Origin: an uncultured Kiritimatiellota bacterium
GTDB lineage: Bacteria > Verrucomicrobiota > Kiritimatiellia > RFP12 > UBA1067
Length of the DNA: 64,000 nucleotides
Assembly (NCBI GenBank): GCA_934643865.1
Contig: CAKUCX010000002.1
Location: 2,587-66,586 of the forward strand
Reading direction: 5' to 3'
The notes under the pieces were generated by a model. It did not search any database. It saw only the letters and a list, made by a program, of their open reading frames with translations, and was not told the DNA's origin. Below are positions 26,633 to 37,077 of this stretch, piece after piece (the first letter of the stretch is position 1; every line of letters begins with the position of its first letter). A program made the translations under genes and the position numbers.

Positions 26633-27118
26633 ACTCGAAAAACAGAGACATCGAAAAACCATGAAAACACCGGTCGAAAACATCTCAGTCATTGTCCGCC
26701 CCCGCATAAACAGTGGGGGAAATCACCGTGTGGCGTCATAGTTTGACAGACCGCAACCTCCACCAGTCAAAAAGCGCGTTTCGCCCAGCAACGTCAAGGG
26801 GAGGCGCGCTTTTCGTTTTTCCGCATAGGACTTGGAGAGGTGGGCGGCGATTTCCGCCTCGGGCGCGGCGGGCGCAGACCTGCTGGCATGAGGGCCGTGT
26901 CGTAAGTGGCGCAGGCGAGACGCGCTGCGTCGAGCTGACGATGGCACCGCAGCTCTTCGAGCTGACAAGCGCGAGGAATGTCGTCTTCCGCGGGCTTGTG
27001 TTCGAGACCTGTCGCGCTTCAGCCATCCGCATGAAGGACTGCGCGCACTGCCTCGGCGCGTTTACGTGTTTTTGCAGTTGCGCGGTGAATCCTGTTTTGG
27101 TAAACTGTTCTCTCGTTC

Positions 27119-27193
27119 GGCGAGATAGCTCAACGGTAGAGCATCAGAATCATAATCTGCTGGTTGAGGGTTCGAATCCCCCTCTCGCCACCA
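27119..27193 (+). tRNA. tRNA with anticodon CAU (Met elongator or Ile2/lysidine type), 75 nt including the encoded CCA.
   Basis: Manual fold: acceptor GGCGAGA/TCTCGCC, D-arm GCTC-AACGGTA-GAGC, anticodon arm TCAGA-ATCATAA-TCTGC (one mismatch), T-arm GAGGG-TTCGAAT-CCCCC, discriminator A, CCA. G1-C72 is paired, so this is not a classical initiator. Confidence 0.7.
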
Positions 27194-27242
27194 TGCAATG
27201 GCCACCGCTTGTGCGGTGGCTTTTGTTCTGCGGAGCATCCCT

Positions 27243-28025
27243 ATGAACTTCGAGCCGATCGGCATCTTCCACGGCGGGGCCGCGCGCAAGTACGAGGCGC
27301 CGCGACAGGGCGCGTTCGCCGGCGGGGAAGGGCGCGTCGTGTTGGCGGCGGGCCGCAATTTCGAGACGGCGCTGAGAAACCTCGACGGCTTTGCGCGCAT
27401 CTGGCTCGTGTTCGTGTTCGACCGCAACGGCGAAGGCTGGCGGCCGACGGCGCATCCGCCCGTCACGGCGTCGGGCCTCCCCCGCGTGGGCGTCTTCGCG
27501 TCGCGCGCGCCGTACCGCCCCAACCCCATCGGGCTTTCGTGCGTGCGGCTCGTCGCCGTTCGGGGGTGCGTCGTCGAGGTCGCGGAGGCAGACCTTCTGG
27601 ACGGGACGCCGGTTCTCGACATCAAGCCGTACATCCCGGCGGCGGACGCCTTCCCCGGCGTGAAGGCGGGCTGGGTGGACGACCAGGACCACTGGCGCGT
27701 CGTCGCCACGCCGGCGTTCGCGGCGCAGGCCGCGTGCGTGCGCGCGCAGGGCGGGCAGGACCTTCTTGCAACGGCGCGCGTGCAGCTTGCGGGCGAGCCG
27801 TTTGACGCCTCCCGCAAGCGCGTCGCCCGCACCGGACCGGAGACGGGGACGTTCTCGGTGCGGATGTTCCGGCTCGATTTCGCGGTCGACGCGGCCGCGC
27901 GCACGGTGACGCTGCTTGCCGTCCGAAGCGGCTATACGGCGGCGGCGCTCGCCGCAGACGACGACCCCTACGCGGACAAGGCCGTCCATCGGGCGTTCGT
28001 CGCGGCGGGCGGGCGGCACAGCTGA
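27243..28025 (+). CDS. tsaA: TsaA/YaeB-family (UPF0066) tRNA m6t6A37 methyltransferase-like protein.
   Basis: MNFEPIGIFHGG...RPNPIGLSCVRLVAV...LLDGTPVLDIKPYIPA, the family-typical PNPIGLS and DGTP(V/L)LDIKPY blocks. Start chosen at ATG 27243 (the track ORF starts at 27198, overlapping the tRNA 3' end). Confidence 0.6.
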   Translation: MNFEPIGIFHGGAARKYEAPRQGAFAGGEGRVVLAAGRNFETALRNLDGFARIWLVFVFDRNGEGWRPTAHPPVTASGLPRVGVFASRAPYRPNPIGLSCVRLVAVRGCVVEVAEADLLDGTPVLDIKPYIPAADAFPGVKAGWVDDQDHWRVVATPAFAAQAACVRAQGGQDLLATARVQLAGEPFDASRKRVARTGPETGTFSVRMFRLDFAVDAAARTVTLLAVRSGYTAAALAADDDPYADKAVHRAFVAAGGRHS

Positions 28026-28031
28026 CGCGCG

Positions 28032-29344
<1,313 letters not shown>

Positions 29345-29359
29345 GGAACAGAGACGAAC

Positions 29360-29782
29360 ATGAACACACCGATGATCTTCGCACAGGCGGCCGCCCCTGC
29401 GGCCCCGGCCGTCCAGGCCGCCGCGCCGTCCGCCCCCGCCACGCCCGCGACGGCGACCGAGGTCCAGAGCGCCGACGCCCCGCAGGGCGCGCCGCAGCAG
29501 CCGCAGGGCAACTTCATGATGCCCGTCATGATGCTGCTCCTCCTCGCGCTCTTCTACGTGATGATGATCCGCCCGCAGCAGCGCAAGGAGAAGGAGCGCC
29601 GGAAGATGATCGACGAACTCCGCGCGGGCAAGAAGGTCGTCTTCGCGGGCGGCCTCATGGGCACGATCGTCGAGGCGAAGGAGAAGACCTTCAAGATCGA
29701 GATTGCGGGCGACGTCGTCATCGAGGTGGCGCGCGCCGCCGTGCAGGGCGTCGTCGAGGAGACGCCCGAGGCCGGCAAGTAG
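29360..29782 (+). CDS. yajC: Preprotein translocase subunit YajC.
   Basis: Single TM segment MMPVMMLLLLALFYVMMIRPQQRKEKERRKMIDELRAGKKVVFAGGLMGTIVE..., typical YajC layout. Located downstream of tgt as in many bacteria. Confidence 0.8.
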   Translation: MNTPMIFAQAAAPAAPAVQAAAPSAPATPATATEVQSADAPQGAPQQPQGNFMMPVMMLLLLALFYVMMIRPQQRKEKERRKMIDELRAGKKVVFAGGLMGTIVEAKEKTFKIEIAGDVVIEVARAAVQGVVEETPEAGK

Positions 29783-29794
29783 GGCGGGACGCGC

Positions 29795-30745
29795 ATGGGC
29801 TACGCGCGCGGACGGTTCGGGGTGGAATACCATCCCCGCGGCGACGCGGAGACGCACCGTCTCCGCTGGTTCGCGGGGATCGTCGTCCTGCTCGTCCTCG
29901 CCGCGTTCGCCTGGTATCGCTTCACGCATCGCGTCCGCGCGCCGAAGCGGGAGCGGCCGGCGCCCCGTCCGCCCGCCGCCGTGCGGGCGAAGGCCCCGCC
30001 CGCGACGCCGCCCGCCGTGCAGACGCCCGCCCGGCCGGCGCCTGCGGCGACGAACGCCCTGCGCCGCGCCGTCGTCCCCCCGCCGCCGAAGACGCGGCAG
30101 CAGCCGCAGGTGCTGCGCCTCGTCGAGACGTGGCTCGCGACGGCCTCCACGCGCACCGAGAAGGAGCAGGTGCTTCTCCAGCGCCTCGCCGAGGCCGAGC
30201 GCCAGTGCAACGTGCCGCTTGCCATCGACGCGATCCGGAAGCTCTACGAGCGTCCGACGATGGCGGACATCCGCGACCCCCTCATGCGCCGCCTCGGCGA
30301 CCTCAACGTGGCGCACCTCTTCTCCGACAAGACGACGCCCTGGACGGCCGTCGTCGAGGTGAAGCGCGGCGACAGCCTCAACCGCATCGCGCGCGAGCAC
30401 CGCTCCACGCCTGCCGTCGTCGCGAAGCTCAACCCGCGCGTCAGGTGGGAGCGGCTCAAGCCCGGCGACGCCGTCCGCGTGCTGGACTTCCCCAACGCCG
30501 TCCTCGTGATCTACAAGCAGCGCGGCTATGCGGACCTCTCGCTCAAGAACGGGCAGTTTTTCCGCCGCTACGTCCTCGCAATCGCGCCGACGACGCCCTG
30601 CTCCGTCTACCCTGTCGCCCAGGAGGCCGGCGCGACCGTCCATGCGCGCCTCCGCGAACTCGGCGTCAGGGCTTCGGCCGCCGACCGCGCGGAGCTCGAC
30701 CTCTTCCTCGCCCCCGGCTCGCGCATCACCGTCGCCGAGCAGTGA
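29795..30745 (+). CDS. Membrane-anchored protein with a C-terminal LysM domain.
   Basis: TM helix FAGIVVLLVLAAFAWY, Pro/Ala-rich linker, then KRGDSLNRIAREHRSTPAVVAKLNPRV...LKPGDAVRV (LysM pattern). Confidence 0.5.
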   Translation: MGYARGRFGVEYHPRGDAETHRLRWFAGIVVLLVLAAFAWYRFTHRVRAPKRERPAPRPPAAVRAKAPPATPPAVQTPARPAPAATNALRRAVVPPPPKTRQQPQVLRLVETWLATASTRTEKEQVLLQRLAEAERQCNVPLAIDAIRKLYERPTMADIRDPLMRRLGDLNVAHLFSDKTTPWTAVVEVKRGDSLNRIAREHRSTPAVVAKLNPRVRWERLKPGDAVRVLDFPNAVLVIYKQRGYADLSLKNGQFFRRYVLAIAPTTPCSVYPVAQEAGATVHARLRELGVRASAADRAELDLFLAPGSRITVAEQ

Positions 30746-30793
30746 CTTTTTGATATACTGGCATCACGTTTTCCAAAGGAAAGAAGCAAGAAA

Positions 30794-32095
30794 ATGATCG
30801 ACATCAAGAAGATCCGCGACGACTTCGACACGACGGCCGCGCAGCTCGCGCGCCGCGGCGTCGAGCGGGAGACGGTCGCGAAGGCGCGCGACCTCGACGC
30901 GGCGCGGCGCGCCCTCCTCGCCGAGACCGAGACCCTCAAGGCGAAGCGCAACGCCGCCTCCAGGGAGATCGGCGTGCGCGCGAAGGCCGGTGAGGACGTC
31001 TCCGCCGTCAAGGCCGAGATGCGCGCCGTGGGCGACCGCATCGCCGAGATCGACAGGGAACTCGCCCAGGTCGAGGCGGATCTGCGCGAGACGCTGCTCA
31101 TGATCCCGAACGTCCCGGCGCCCGAAATCCCCACCGGGCCCGACTCCAGCGCGAACGAGGTCATCCGCCACGTCGGCGAGTGGAAGGACCCCGCCTACCC
31201 GATTCCCGACCACATGCAGATCGGCGAGAAGCTCGGCATCTTCGACTTCCCGCGCGGCGTCAAGCTCACGGGCACGGGCTTCCCGGTCATCCTCGGGCAG
31301 GGCGCGAAGCTCCAGCGCGCGCTCATCCAGTACATGCTCGACCTCCACTGCCGGAAGCAGGGCTACACCGAGATGCTGCCGCCCTTCATGGTGAACAGCG
31401 CCTCGATGACGGGCACGGGCCAGCTCCCCAAGTTCGCCGAAGACCTCTACCACTGCAACGTGGACGACTTCTGGATGATCCCGACGGCCGAGGTGCCCGT
31501 CACGAACTTCTACCGCGACGACGTCTTCGACGGCGTGAAGCTGCCGAAGATCACGCCCGAGGCCCCCGTCAAGCTCACCGCCTACACGCCCTGCTTCCGC
31601 CGCGAGGCGGGCTCGGCCGGCAAGATGACGCGCGGCATGCTGCGCGTCCACCAGTTCGACAAGGTCGAGATGGTGAACTTCGTCCACCCCTCCACGAGCT
31701 TCCGGCAGCTTGAAACGCTCGTGAAGGAGGCGGAGGACGTCCTCACCGGCCTCGGCCTCGCCTTCCGCGTCATCCTGCTCAGCTCCGGCGACATGGGCTT
31801 CTCGGCCGCCAAGTGCTACGACCTCGAACTCTGGGCGCCGGGCGAGCGGCAGTGGTTGGAGGTGAGCTCCTGCAGCTGCTTCACCGACTACCAGGCCCGC
31901 CGCCTGAACTGCCGCTTCAAGGACGCGGACGGCAAGACGAAGCTCGTCCACACGCTCAACGGCTCGGGCGTCGCCCTGCCGCGCCTCATGGTTGCGCTCC
32001 TCGAACAGCACCTCCAGGCCGACGGCTCGGTCCTCCTCCCCGAGGCCCTCCGCCCCTACATGGGCGACGTGGACCGCCTCGTCCCCGTGAAGTAG
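30794..32095 (+). CDS. serS: Seryl-tRNA synthetase.
   Basis: N-terminal coiled-coil MIDIKKIRDDFD...; class II core with ...FRREAGSAGKMTRGMLRVHQFDKVEMV... and GSGVALPRLMVALLEQH. Confidence 0.9.
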   Translation: MIDIKKIRDDFDTTAAQLARRGVERETVAKARDLDAARRALLAETETLKAKRNAASREIGVRAKAGEDVSAVKAEMRAVGDRIAEIDRELAQVEADLRETLLMIPNVPAPEIPTGPDSSANEVIRHVGEWKDPAYPIPDHMQIGEKLGIFDFPRGVKLTGTGFPVILGQGAKLQRALIQYMLDLHCRKQGYTEMLPPFMVNSASMTGTGQLPKFAEDLYHCNVDDFWMIPTAEVPVTNFYRDDVFDGVKLPKITPEAPVKLTAYTPCFRREAGSAGKMTRGMLRVHQFDKVEMVNFVHPSTSFRQLETLVKEAEDVLTGLGLAFRVILLSSGDMGFSAAKCYDLELWAPGERQWLEVSSCSCFTDYQARRLNCRFKDADGKTKLVHTLNGSGVALPRLMVALLEQHLQADGSVLLPEALRPYMGDVDRLVPVK

Positions 32096-32180
32096 GGCGC
32101 CCCGTGCGCGGCGGCTTCAAGTGGGAAGGGCGCGCGCCCGCGCGTCCGGGCCGCCCTTCTCCTTGTCCGGAAGCGGGGGG

Positions 32181-32191
32181 TGTGCTATAAT
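32181..32191 (+). promoter_or_regulatory. Extended -10 promoter element TGTGCTATAAT ~18 nt upstream of tRNA-Met.
   Basis: Direct reading. The same TG-n-TATA(A/C)T motif recurs upstream of several + strand genes in the high-GC part. Confidence 0.45.
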
Positions 32192-32209
32192 CCGCCCTGT
32201 TTCCTTTTC

Positions 32210-32286
32210 GGACCCGTAGCTCAGTCGGTCAGAGCGGGGGACTCATAATCCCTTGGTCCTGGGTTCAAGTCCCGGCGGGTCCACCA
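32210..32286 (+). tRNA. tRNA-Met (anticodon CAU) with a GGG/CCC anticodon stem (initiator-like feature), although G1-C72 is paired. 77 nt including CCA.
   Basis: GGACCCG TA GCTC AGTCGGTCA GAGC G GGGGA CTCATAA TCCCT TGGTC CTGGG TTCAAGT CCCGG CGGGTCC A CCA. Confidence 0.8.
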
Positions 32287-32354
32287 GATCACGTCCCCGG
32301 CGTCGCGCGACCGTCCGCTGAACGTCCGGCCTGGCAAGGGATGAGAGACGATCG

Positions 32355-33314
32355 ATGGACAAAACGGATCCCTACGAATTGACGCGCGCCCTCGCGGCGC
32401 TGGACGCCTGGGAACAGGCGGCGAAGCACAACTGGGCGCTCGTGCCGCAGACGAGCGCGGAGCCTTTCGTTGTGATGTCCGTCGACGAACGCAAGAACCC
32501 CGGCCCCGTCGCCGGACGCCTCTTGATCTTTCCCGGCTTCGCGACGTTCCGCGATTTCGCGATCGCGCGGCAGGTCCGCGACTTCGGCGTCGAGACGGGG
32601 CCGGTCGACTTCCGCCACTACGAGGCGGTCGGCCTGAAGAACGGCGAGGCGGAGCTCTTCGTGTACGAACCCGGCTTCGTGCCGCTGCCGCCGACGTCGG
32701 AGCAGCGGAAGATGCTCGCGCCCCTGCTCGCGGAGTGCTACGGCTTTCTGCTGCGGCTGGAGGAGAAGCCGGACCTGCCGCTCGCCTACGCGGACAAGAA
32801 GGCGATGTTCGCGCGCAAGGAGGTCGTGGAGGGCGTATGGGTGGACGGCCCGTTCATGCTTCCGCAGGAGGAGGTCGTGCGGCAGGCCGAGCAGGTGGTT
32901 CTGACGCGGAGCGTCTGCGCGAAGGCGAAAGCGCTGCCGGTCTTCCCGAAGGAGGTCTGGGAGGTCGATTTTGCGCTTGTGCCGGCCTACCACACGCCGG
33001 GGCCGCGCCCGCGCTTCCTCTACCTTCTGGCGGCGGTGAACGCCGAGTCGGGCGAGCGGATGGCCTGGGAGCGGCTGTCGGTGGACGGACGGGAAGGGGG
33101 CCTGAAGCGCCTCTGGGAAGGGCACGCGCAGCGCCTCCTCGACGCGGTTGTCAAATGGGGGCGCGTGCCGGGCGAGATTCACGTGCGCTCCGGGCGCATG
33201 GCGCGTTTCCTGCGTCCGCTCGGGCTCCAACTGCCGTTCAAACTGGTCCAGCACGCCAAGCTCCCCGCGCTCGACGCCGTCGTCGACGTCGCCGTCCACA
33301 CGCGGAACGTCTAG
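32355..33314 (+). CDS. Hypothetical protein (319 aa).
   Basis: The + strand ORF has ordinary amino-acid composition. The overlapping minus-strand ORF 32289..33341 is Arg/Gly/Asp-rich, as expected for a GC-rich antisense artefact. Confidence 0.4.
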   Translation: MDKTDPYELTRALAALDAWEQAAKHNWALVPQTSAEPFVVMSVDERKNPGPVAGRLLIFPGFATFRDFAIARQVRDFGVETGPVDFRHYEAVGLKNGEAELFVYEPGFVPLPPTSEQRKMLAPLLAECYGFLLRLEEKPDLPLAYADKKAMFARKEVVEGVWVDGPFMLPQEEVVRQAEQVVLTRSVCAKAKALPVFPKEVWEVDFALVPAYHTPGPRPRFLYLLAAVNAESGERMAWERLSVDGREGGLKRLWEGHAQRLLDAVVKWGRVPGEIHVRSGRMARFLRPLGLQLPFKLVQHAKLPALDAVVDVAVHTRNV

Positions 33315-33345
33315 GCCGCGCCCGGCGTTCCCGCCGCCCATGATC

Positions 33346-33356
33346 TGTGCTATACT
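33346..33356 (+). promoter_or_regulatory. Extended -10-like element TGTGCTATACT ~75 nt upstream of the DapA-like gene.
   Basis: Direct reading. Confidence 0.4.
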
Positions 33357-33430
33357 CTCCGCGTGGAGGCAGAGGTGGGCGGCGCGTGCCCGTCTGCGAT
33401 GCCGCCTTCACGTGTTCAGTCAAAAGGAGA

Positions 33431-34555
33431 ATGGCGATGCAGAGACGAGACTTCCTCACGATGGGGCTTGCGGCGGCGGCGCTCGCGGGCTGCCAGGCGA
33501 CGGCGGCGAAGAAGGCGACGACGGCGGTCGTGAAGGCGCCGGGCGGCGGCGACCCGCGCATGCGCGGGCCCTTCCCGATCCTTTCGACGCCGTACCATGC
33601 GGACGGCTCGGTGGACTACGCCTCGCTCGCGCGCGGCTGCGTCTTCACGGCGGACGGCGGCTGCCCCGGCGTGATCTGGTGCCAGTCGAACGACGCCGTC
33701 GACCTGCTGACCTTCGAGGAGAAGGTGAAGGGGTACGAGGCGTGCGCGAAGGCGCTGGAGGGGCGCGACTGCGTGTGCTGCCTCGGCTGCAACGGGCCGA
33801 CGTGGGAGCAGATGATCAAGGAGGCGAAGGCCATCGAGGAGGTGGCGAAGCGCCACCCGAAGACGTTCGTCGCGATGATCTCGCGCCCGCCGGACACGGG
33901 CAAGACGCAGGCCGACATCCGCGACTACTTCGAGCGCCTCGGCGCGGTGGCGACGCGCCCCGTCATCATCCAGACGGCCGTCAACGCGACGTGCCCCGCG
34001 CCGGAGGTCAAGCTGCTGATCGACCTCGCGCGGAAGTGGCCGAAGACGTTCGGCTACATCAAGGAGGAGAGCGGCGGGGCGCAGGCGAACGAGCGCATGA
34101 AGCAGGAGAATGCCGCCAAGCCCGTCATCCACACCGTCTTCAGCGCCTGGGGCGGCTGGCAGTGGCTGCACCAGAGCCGGCGCTGCGGCAGCGAGGGGCT
34201 CGTCACGGAGCGCTGCGCCTACGCGCCGCTCCTCGGGTACATCTGGCGGCAGATGGAGGACCGCGACCCGAAGGGGACGCTCACGGCGGCCTACGCGCTC
34301 CTGCGCCTCCTCATCGACCAGCGGAACTATCCGGGCGGCCTGCGCGGCTATTCGCTCTACTACCTCAAGCGCCAGGGCGTCTTCGAGACGACCGTCTCGC
34401 GCGAGTACCTGAAGGCCGAGAAGAAGGAGCAGGGCACGGTGGCCGTGGGCGACAGCAAAAAGTGGAAGCTCGTGGACGTGACGCTGACGACCGACCAGAA
34501 GGCCGAGCTCGACGAGTGCTACGACGACATGCTCCGCTTCATCCGCACGCACTAG
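33431..34555 (+). CDS. DapA/N-acetylneuraminate-lyase-family (dihydrodipicolinate synthase-like) TIM-barrel protein with a TAT signal. A paralog of the C-terminal domain of the 59876..62344 protein.
   Basis: RBS aaggaga before ATG 33431. MQRRDFLTMGLAAAALAGC (TAT RR motif). GPFPILSTPYHADGSVDY...PVIIQTAVNAT...FGYIKEES aligns block-by-block with GPFPLLCTPWTAEGALDG...PVIIQTYNGKS...YGYVKEES of the later gene. Confidence 0.6.
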   Translation: MAMQRRDFLTMGLAAAALAGCQATAAKKATTAVVKAPGGGDPRMRGPFPILSTPYHADGSVDYASLARGCVFTADGGCPGVIWCQSNDAVDLLTFEEKVKGYEACAKALEGRDCVCCLGCNGPTWEQMIKEAKAIEEVAKRHPKTFVAMISRPPDTGKTQADIRDYFERLGAVATRPVIIQTAVNATCPAPEVKLLIDLARKWPKTFGYIKEESGGAQANERMKQENAAKPVIHTVFSAWGGWQWLHQSRRCGSEGLVTERCAYAPLLGYIWRQMEDRDPKGTLTAAYALLRLLIDQRNYPGGLRGYSLYYLKRQGVFETTVSREYLKAEKKEQGTVAVGDSKKWKLVDVTLTTDQKAELDECYDDMLRFIRTH

Positions 34556-34574
34556 GCCCGCGCGGCGCGCGCGT

Positions 34575-35774
34575 TCAGCCGAACGTCGTCGGGTCCCGGT
34601 CGGGGCCGAACGGCGAGAGGTCGCGCAGGGCCTTGATGATCGGCGGAAGCCTTTCGAGGACGTCGTCGACGTCCTCGCGCGTGTTGTAGCGCGAGAGGGA
34701 GAAGCGCACCGAGCCGTGGACGGCGATGAAGGGCACGCCCATCGCGCGGATGACGTGGGAGGGGTCGAGCGAGCCGGACGCGCAGGCGGAGCCGGTCGAG
34801 ACGCAGATGCCGGCGTCCGAGAGGCGGTAGGCGATCGCCTCGCCCTCGATGTACTCGAAGGAGACGTTGAGCGTGTTGGGGAGGCGGTGCGCGCGGTCGC
34901 CGTTCACGCGCACGTTCGGGCAGGCGGCGAGGATGCCGGCCTCCAGCCGGTCGCGGAGCGGCGCGAGCGCGCGGGCCTCGTCCGCCATGTGGGCGGCGGC
35001 GAGTTCGCAGGCCTTGGCGAGGCCGACGATGTAGGGGACGTTCTCCGTTCCGGCGCGGCGGCCGCCCTCCTGGTGGCCGCCGAGCATGAACGGCTTGACC
35101 TTCGTGCCCCGGCGCAGATAGAGGACGCCGACGCCCTTGGGGGCGTGGAACTTGTGGCCCGAAATCGCGAGCATGTCGACGGGGACCTTCTGGACGTCGA
35201 TCGGGATCTTGCCCGCCACCTGCACGGCGTCCGTGTGCATCGTCGCGCCGTATTCCTTCGCGATCTCCGCGATCTCGCGGATGGGGAAGACGACGCCCGT
35301 CTCGTTGTTCGCCCACATGGCGGAGACGAGCGCGCCCTTCGTCCCCTTGAGCGCGGCGCGCAGCGCGTCGAGGTCGATCTGGCCGACGCCGTCCACGGGC
35401 AGCTCGACGACCTCGTGCCCGAGGGCCTTGAGGCGGCGCGCGGGCTGGAGGACGGCGGGGTGCTCGACGGCGGTCGTGACGACCTTCATCGACGGGCCGT
35501 ACCAGTCGGCGGCGCCGCGGATCGCGGCATTGTCGCTCTCCGTCGCGCAGGAGGTGAAGACGACCTCGTCGGGCGCACAGTTCAGGAACGCGGCAACGTC
35601 CTCGCGCGCCTTCGCCACGTGCCGCGCAACTTGCCCGCCGAAGGCGTGCATGGAGGACGGGTTGCCGTAGAGGTCGCAGAAGAAGGGCATCATCGCCTCG
35701 CGCACCTCCGGCGCGACCTGCGTGGTGGCGTTGTTGTCGAAGTAGATCGTTCTGTTCGTCGCATTCGTGTTCAT
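34575..35774 (-). CDS. Cysteine desulfurase, NifS/IscS family (class V aminotransferase).
   Basis: MNTNATNRTIYFDNNATTQVAPEVREAMMPFFCDLYGNPSSMHAFGGQ... plus ...ISGHKFHAPKGVGVLYLRRG (PLP-Lys region) and ...STGSACASG (active-site Cys loop). Confidence 0.85.
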   Translation of the reverse strand: MNTNATNRTIYFDNNATTQVAPEVREAMMPFFCDLYGNPSSMHAFGGQVARHVAKAREDVAAFLNCAPDEVVFTSCATESDNAAIRGAADWYGPSMKVVTTAVEHPAVLQPARRLKALGHEVVELPVDGVGQIDLDALRAALKGTKGALVSAMWANNETGVVFPIREIAEIAKEYGATMHTDAVQVAGKIPIDVQKVPVDMLAISGHKFHAPKGVGVLYLRRGTKVKPFMLGGHQEGGRRAGTENVPYIVGLAKACELAAAHMADEARALAPLRDRLEAGILAACPNVRVNGDRAHRLPNTLNVSFEYIEGEAIAYRLSDAGICVSTGSACASGSLDPSHVIRAMGVPFIAVHGSVRFSLSRYNTREDVDDVLERLPPIIKALRDLSPFGPDRDPTTFG

Positions 35775-35931
35775 GGCGTCAAATCCTCAAGGCGGATAGT
35801 TTAGCATATTTGGCGCCGCCGGGCGGCGGCCTTCGCCGCACGGGAAGGAAGTGGATGGGTGCAGTGCGGTTTCGTTTCATGAAGCGGGGGAGATTTGCTA
35901 TCATGAAATCCGATTAGGAGACCCAGTGGGC

Positions 35932-37077
35932 ATGACCGACCCAAAATACCGGACGCTCGTCGAGGCGCTGAAGCGCGGCATCCTCGACGGGAAGTACGGC
36001 ATCGATGCGCCGTTCCCGAGCGAACGGGCGCTGATCCGCCGTTCCGGCCTCTCCCGCAACACCGTGCAGCATGCCCTCGCGGAGCTGGAACGGGCGGGAT
36101 TCGTCTCCCGCCAGCAGGGGCGCGGCACGTTCGTCACGAAGCGCGGGGCGTCGCGCAAGCTAGGGCTGATCGTCCACGGTTCCGGCTACTGCGAGATCTT
36201 CTCGCCCATCGCGCGCGCCATTTCCCACCTCTGCCAGACGCACGACTACACGCTCCTCTTCGCCGACGTGGGTGGGACCGACGACCGCGCGCGGGTCGAA
36301 CAGGTCATCCGCCAGGCGCGCGAATTCGCCTGGGGCGGCGTGGACGGCGTCATCTTCCAGCCCGTCGAGCTTGTGCGGGAGGCGGGGGATGTCAACCGCG
36401 AGATTGCCTCCCTCTTCGATGCGGCGGGCGTGCCGCTCGTCCTCCTCGACAGCGACATCGTCAACGCCCCGGAGCGGAGCGGCTACGACCTCGTCGCCGT
36501 CAACCACTTCGACGCCGGCCGCCGCCTCGGGGCCCATCTGCGCGCGACGGGGGCGAAGCGCATCGCCTACCTCATGCAGGCGGACCGCGCGCCCTGCGTC
36601 CAGGAACGCTACCTCGGCGTGCGGACCGCCTGCGAAGGGCTGGCCCTCGCGGGGCAGGCCCTCCTCGCCGAGCCCGACGACGCGGCCGCCGTCCGGCGCT
36701 TCCTGCGCCGGTACCGTCCGGACGCCCTCGCCTGCTACAACGACCGCCAGGCGGTCCTCCTGATGAAGACCCTTGCGGCGCTCGGCGTGCGCGTGCCGGA
36801 CGACGTGGCGGTGGCGGGGTTCGACGACGTGAACTACGCCGCGCTCGCGACGCCGCGCCTCACCACGATGCACCAGCCCTGCGAGGAGCTGGCCGCCCTC
36901 GCCTTCGAGACGCTCCTCTTCCGCATGGCCCATCCCGACGCGCCCGCGCGCGAATCGTTCCTCAACGCGCCGCTCGTCGTGCGCGAAAGCACGCGGCCCC
37001 TTCCGGCGGCGCGGCGGAAGGGCAGATCCCCATCCCAGGAGGAAGAACCCCGAAGAAAGAAACAGGAGAGACCATGA
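35932..37077 (+). CDS. Transcriptional regulator with a GntR-type N-terminal HTH and a LacI/PBP-like sugar-binding C-terminal domain.
   Basis: YRTLVEALKRGILDGKYGIDAPFPSERALIRRSGLSRNTVQHALAELERAGFVSRQQGRGTFV (GntR HTH), then a periplasmic-binding-protein-like region (...LGLIVHGSGY...VLLDSDIV...). RBS aggaga before ATG 35932. Confidence 0.65.
   Translation: MTDPKYRTLVEALKRGILDGKYGIDAPFPSERALIRRSGLSRNTVQHALAELERAGFVSRQQGRGTFVTKRGASRKLGLIVHGSGYCEIFSPIARAISHLCQTHDYTLLFADVGGTDDRARVEQVIRQAREFAWGGVDGVIFQPVELVREAGDVNREIASLFDAAGVPLVLLDSDIVNAPERSGYDLVAVNHFDAGRRLGAHLRATGAKRIAYLMQADRAPCVQERYLGVRTACEGLALAGQALLAEPDDAAAVRRFLRRYRPDALACYNDRQAVLLMKTLAALGVRVPDDVAVAGFDDVNYAALATPRLTTMHQPCEELAALAFETLLFRMAHPDAPARESFLNAPLVVRESTRPLPAARRKGRSPSQEEEPRRKKQERP

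Noticed and set aside
27119-27193. Assigning the first CAU tRNA as initiator tRNA-fMet
   Set aside because: Position 1-72 is a G-C pair and the anticodon stem lacks the three consecutive G-C pairs. Elongator Met or Ile2 (lysidine) cannot be distinguished by eye, so the call is left as tRNA(CAU).
26713-27246. 177-aa + strand ORF spanning the island junction and the tRNA
   Set aside because: It runs straight through the tRNA(CAU) gene and has no RBS. Part of it may be a remnant of a disrupted beta-helix gene, but it is not a credible intact CDS.
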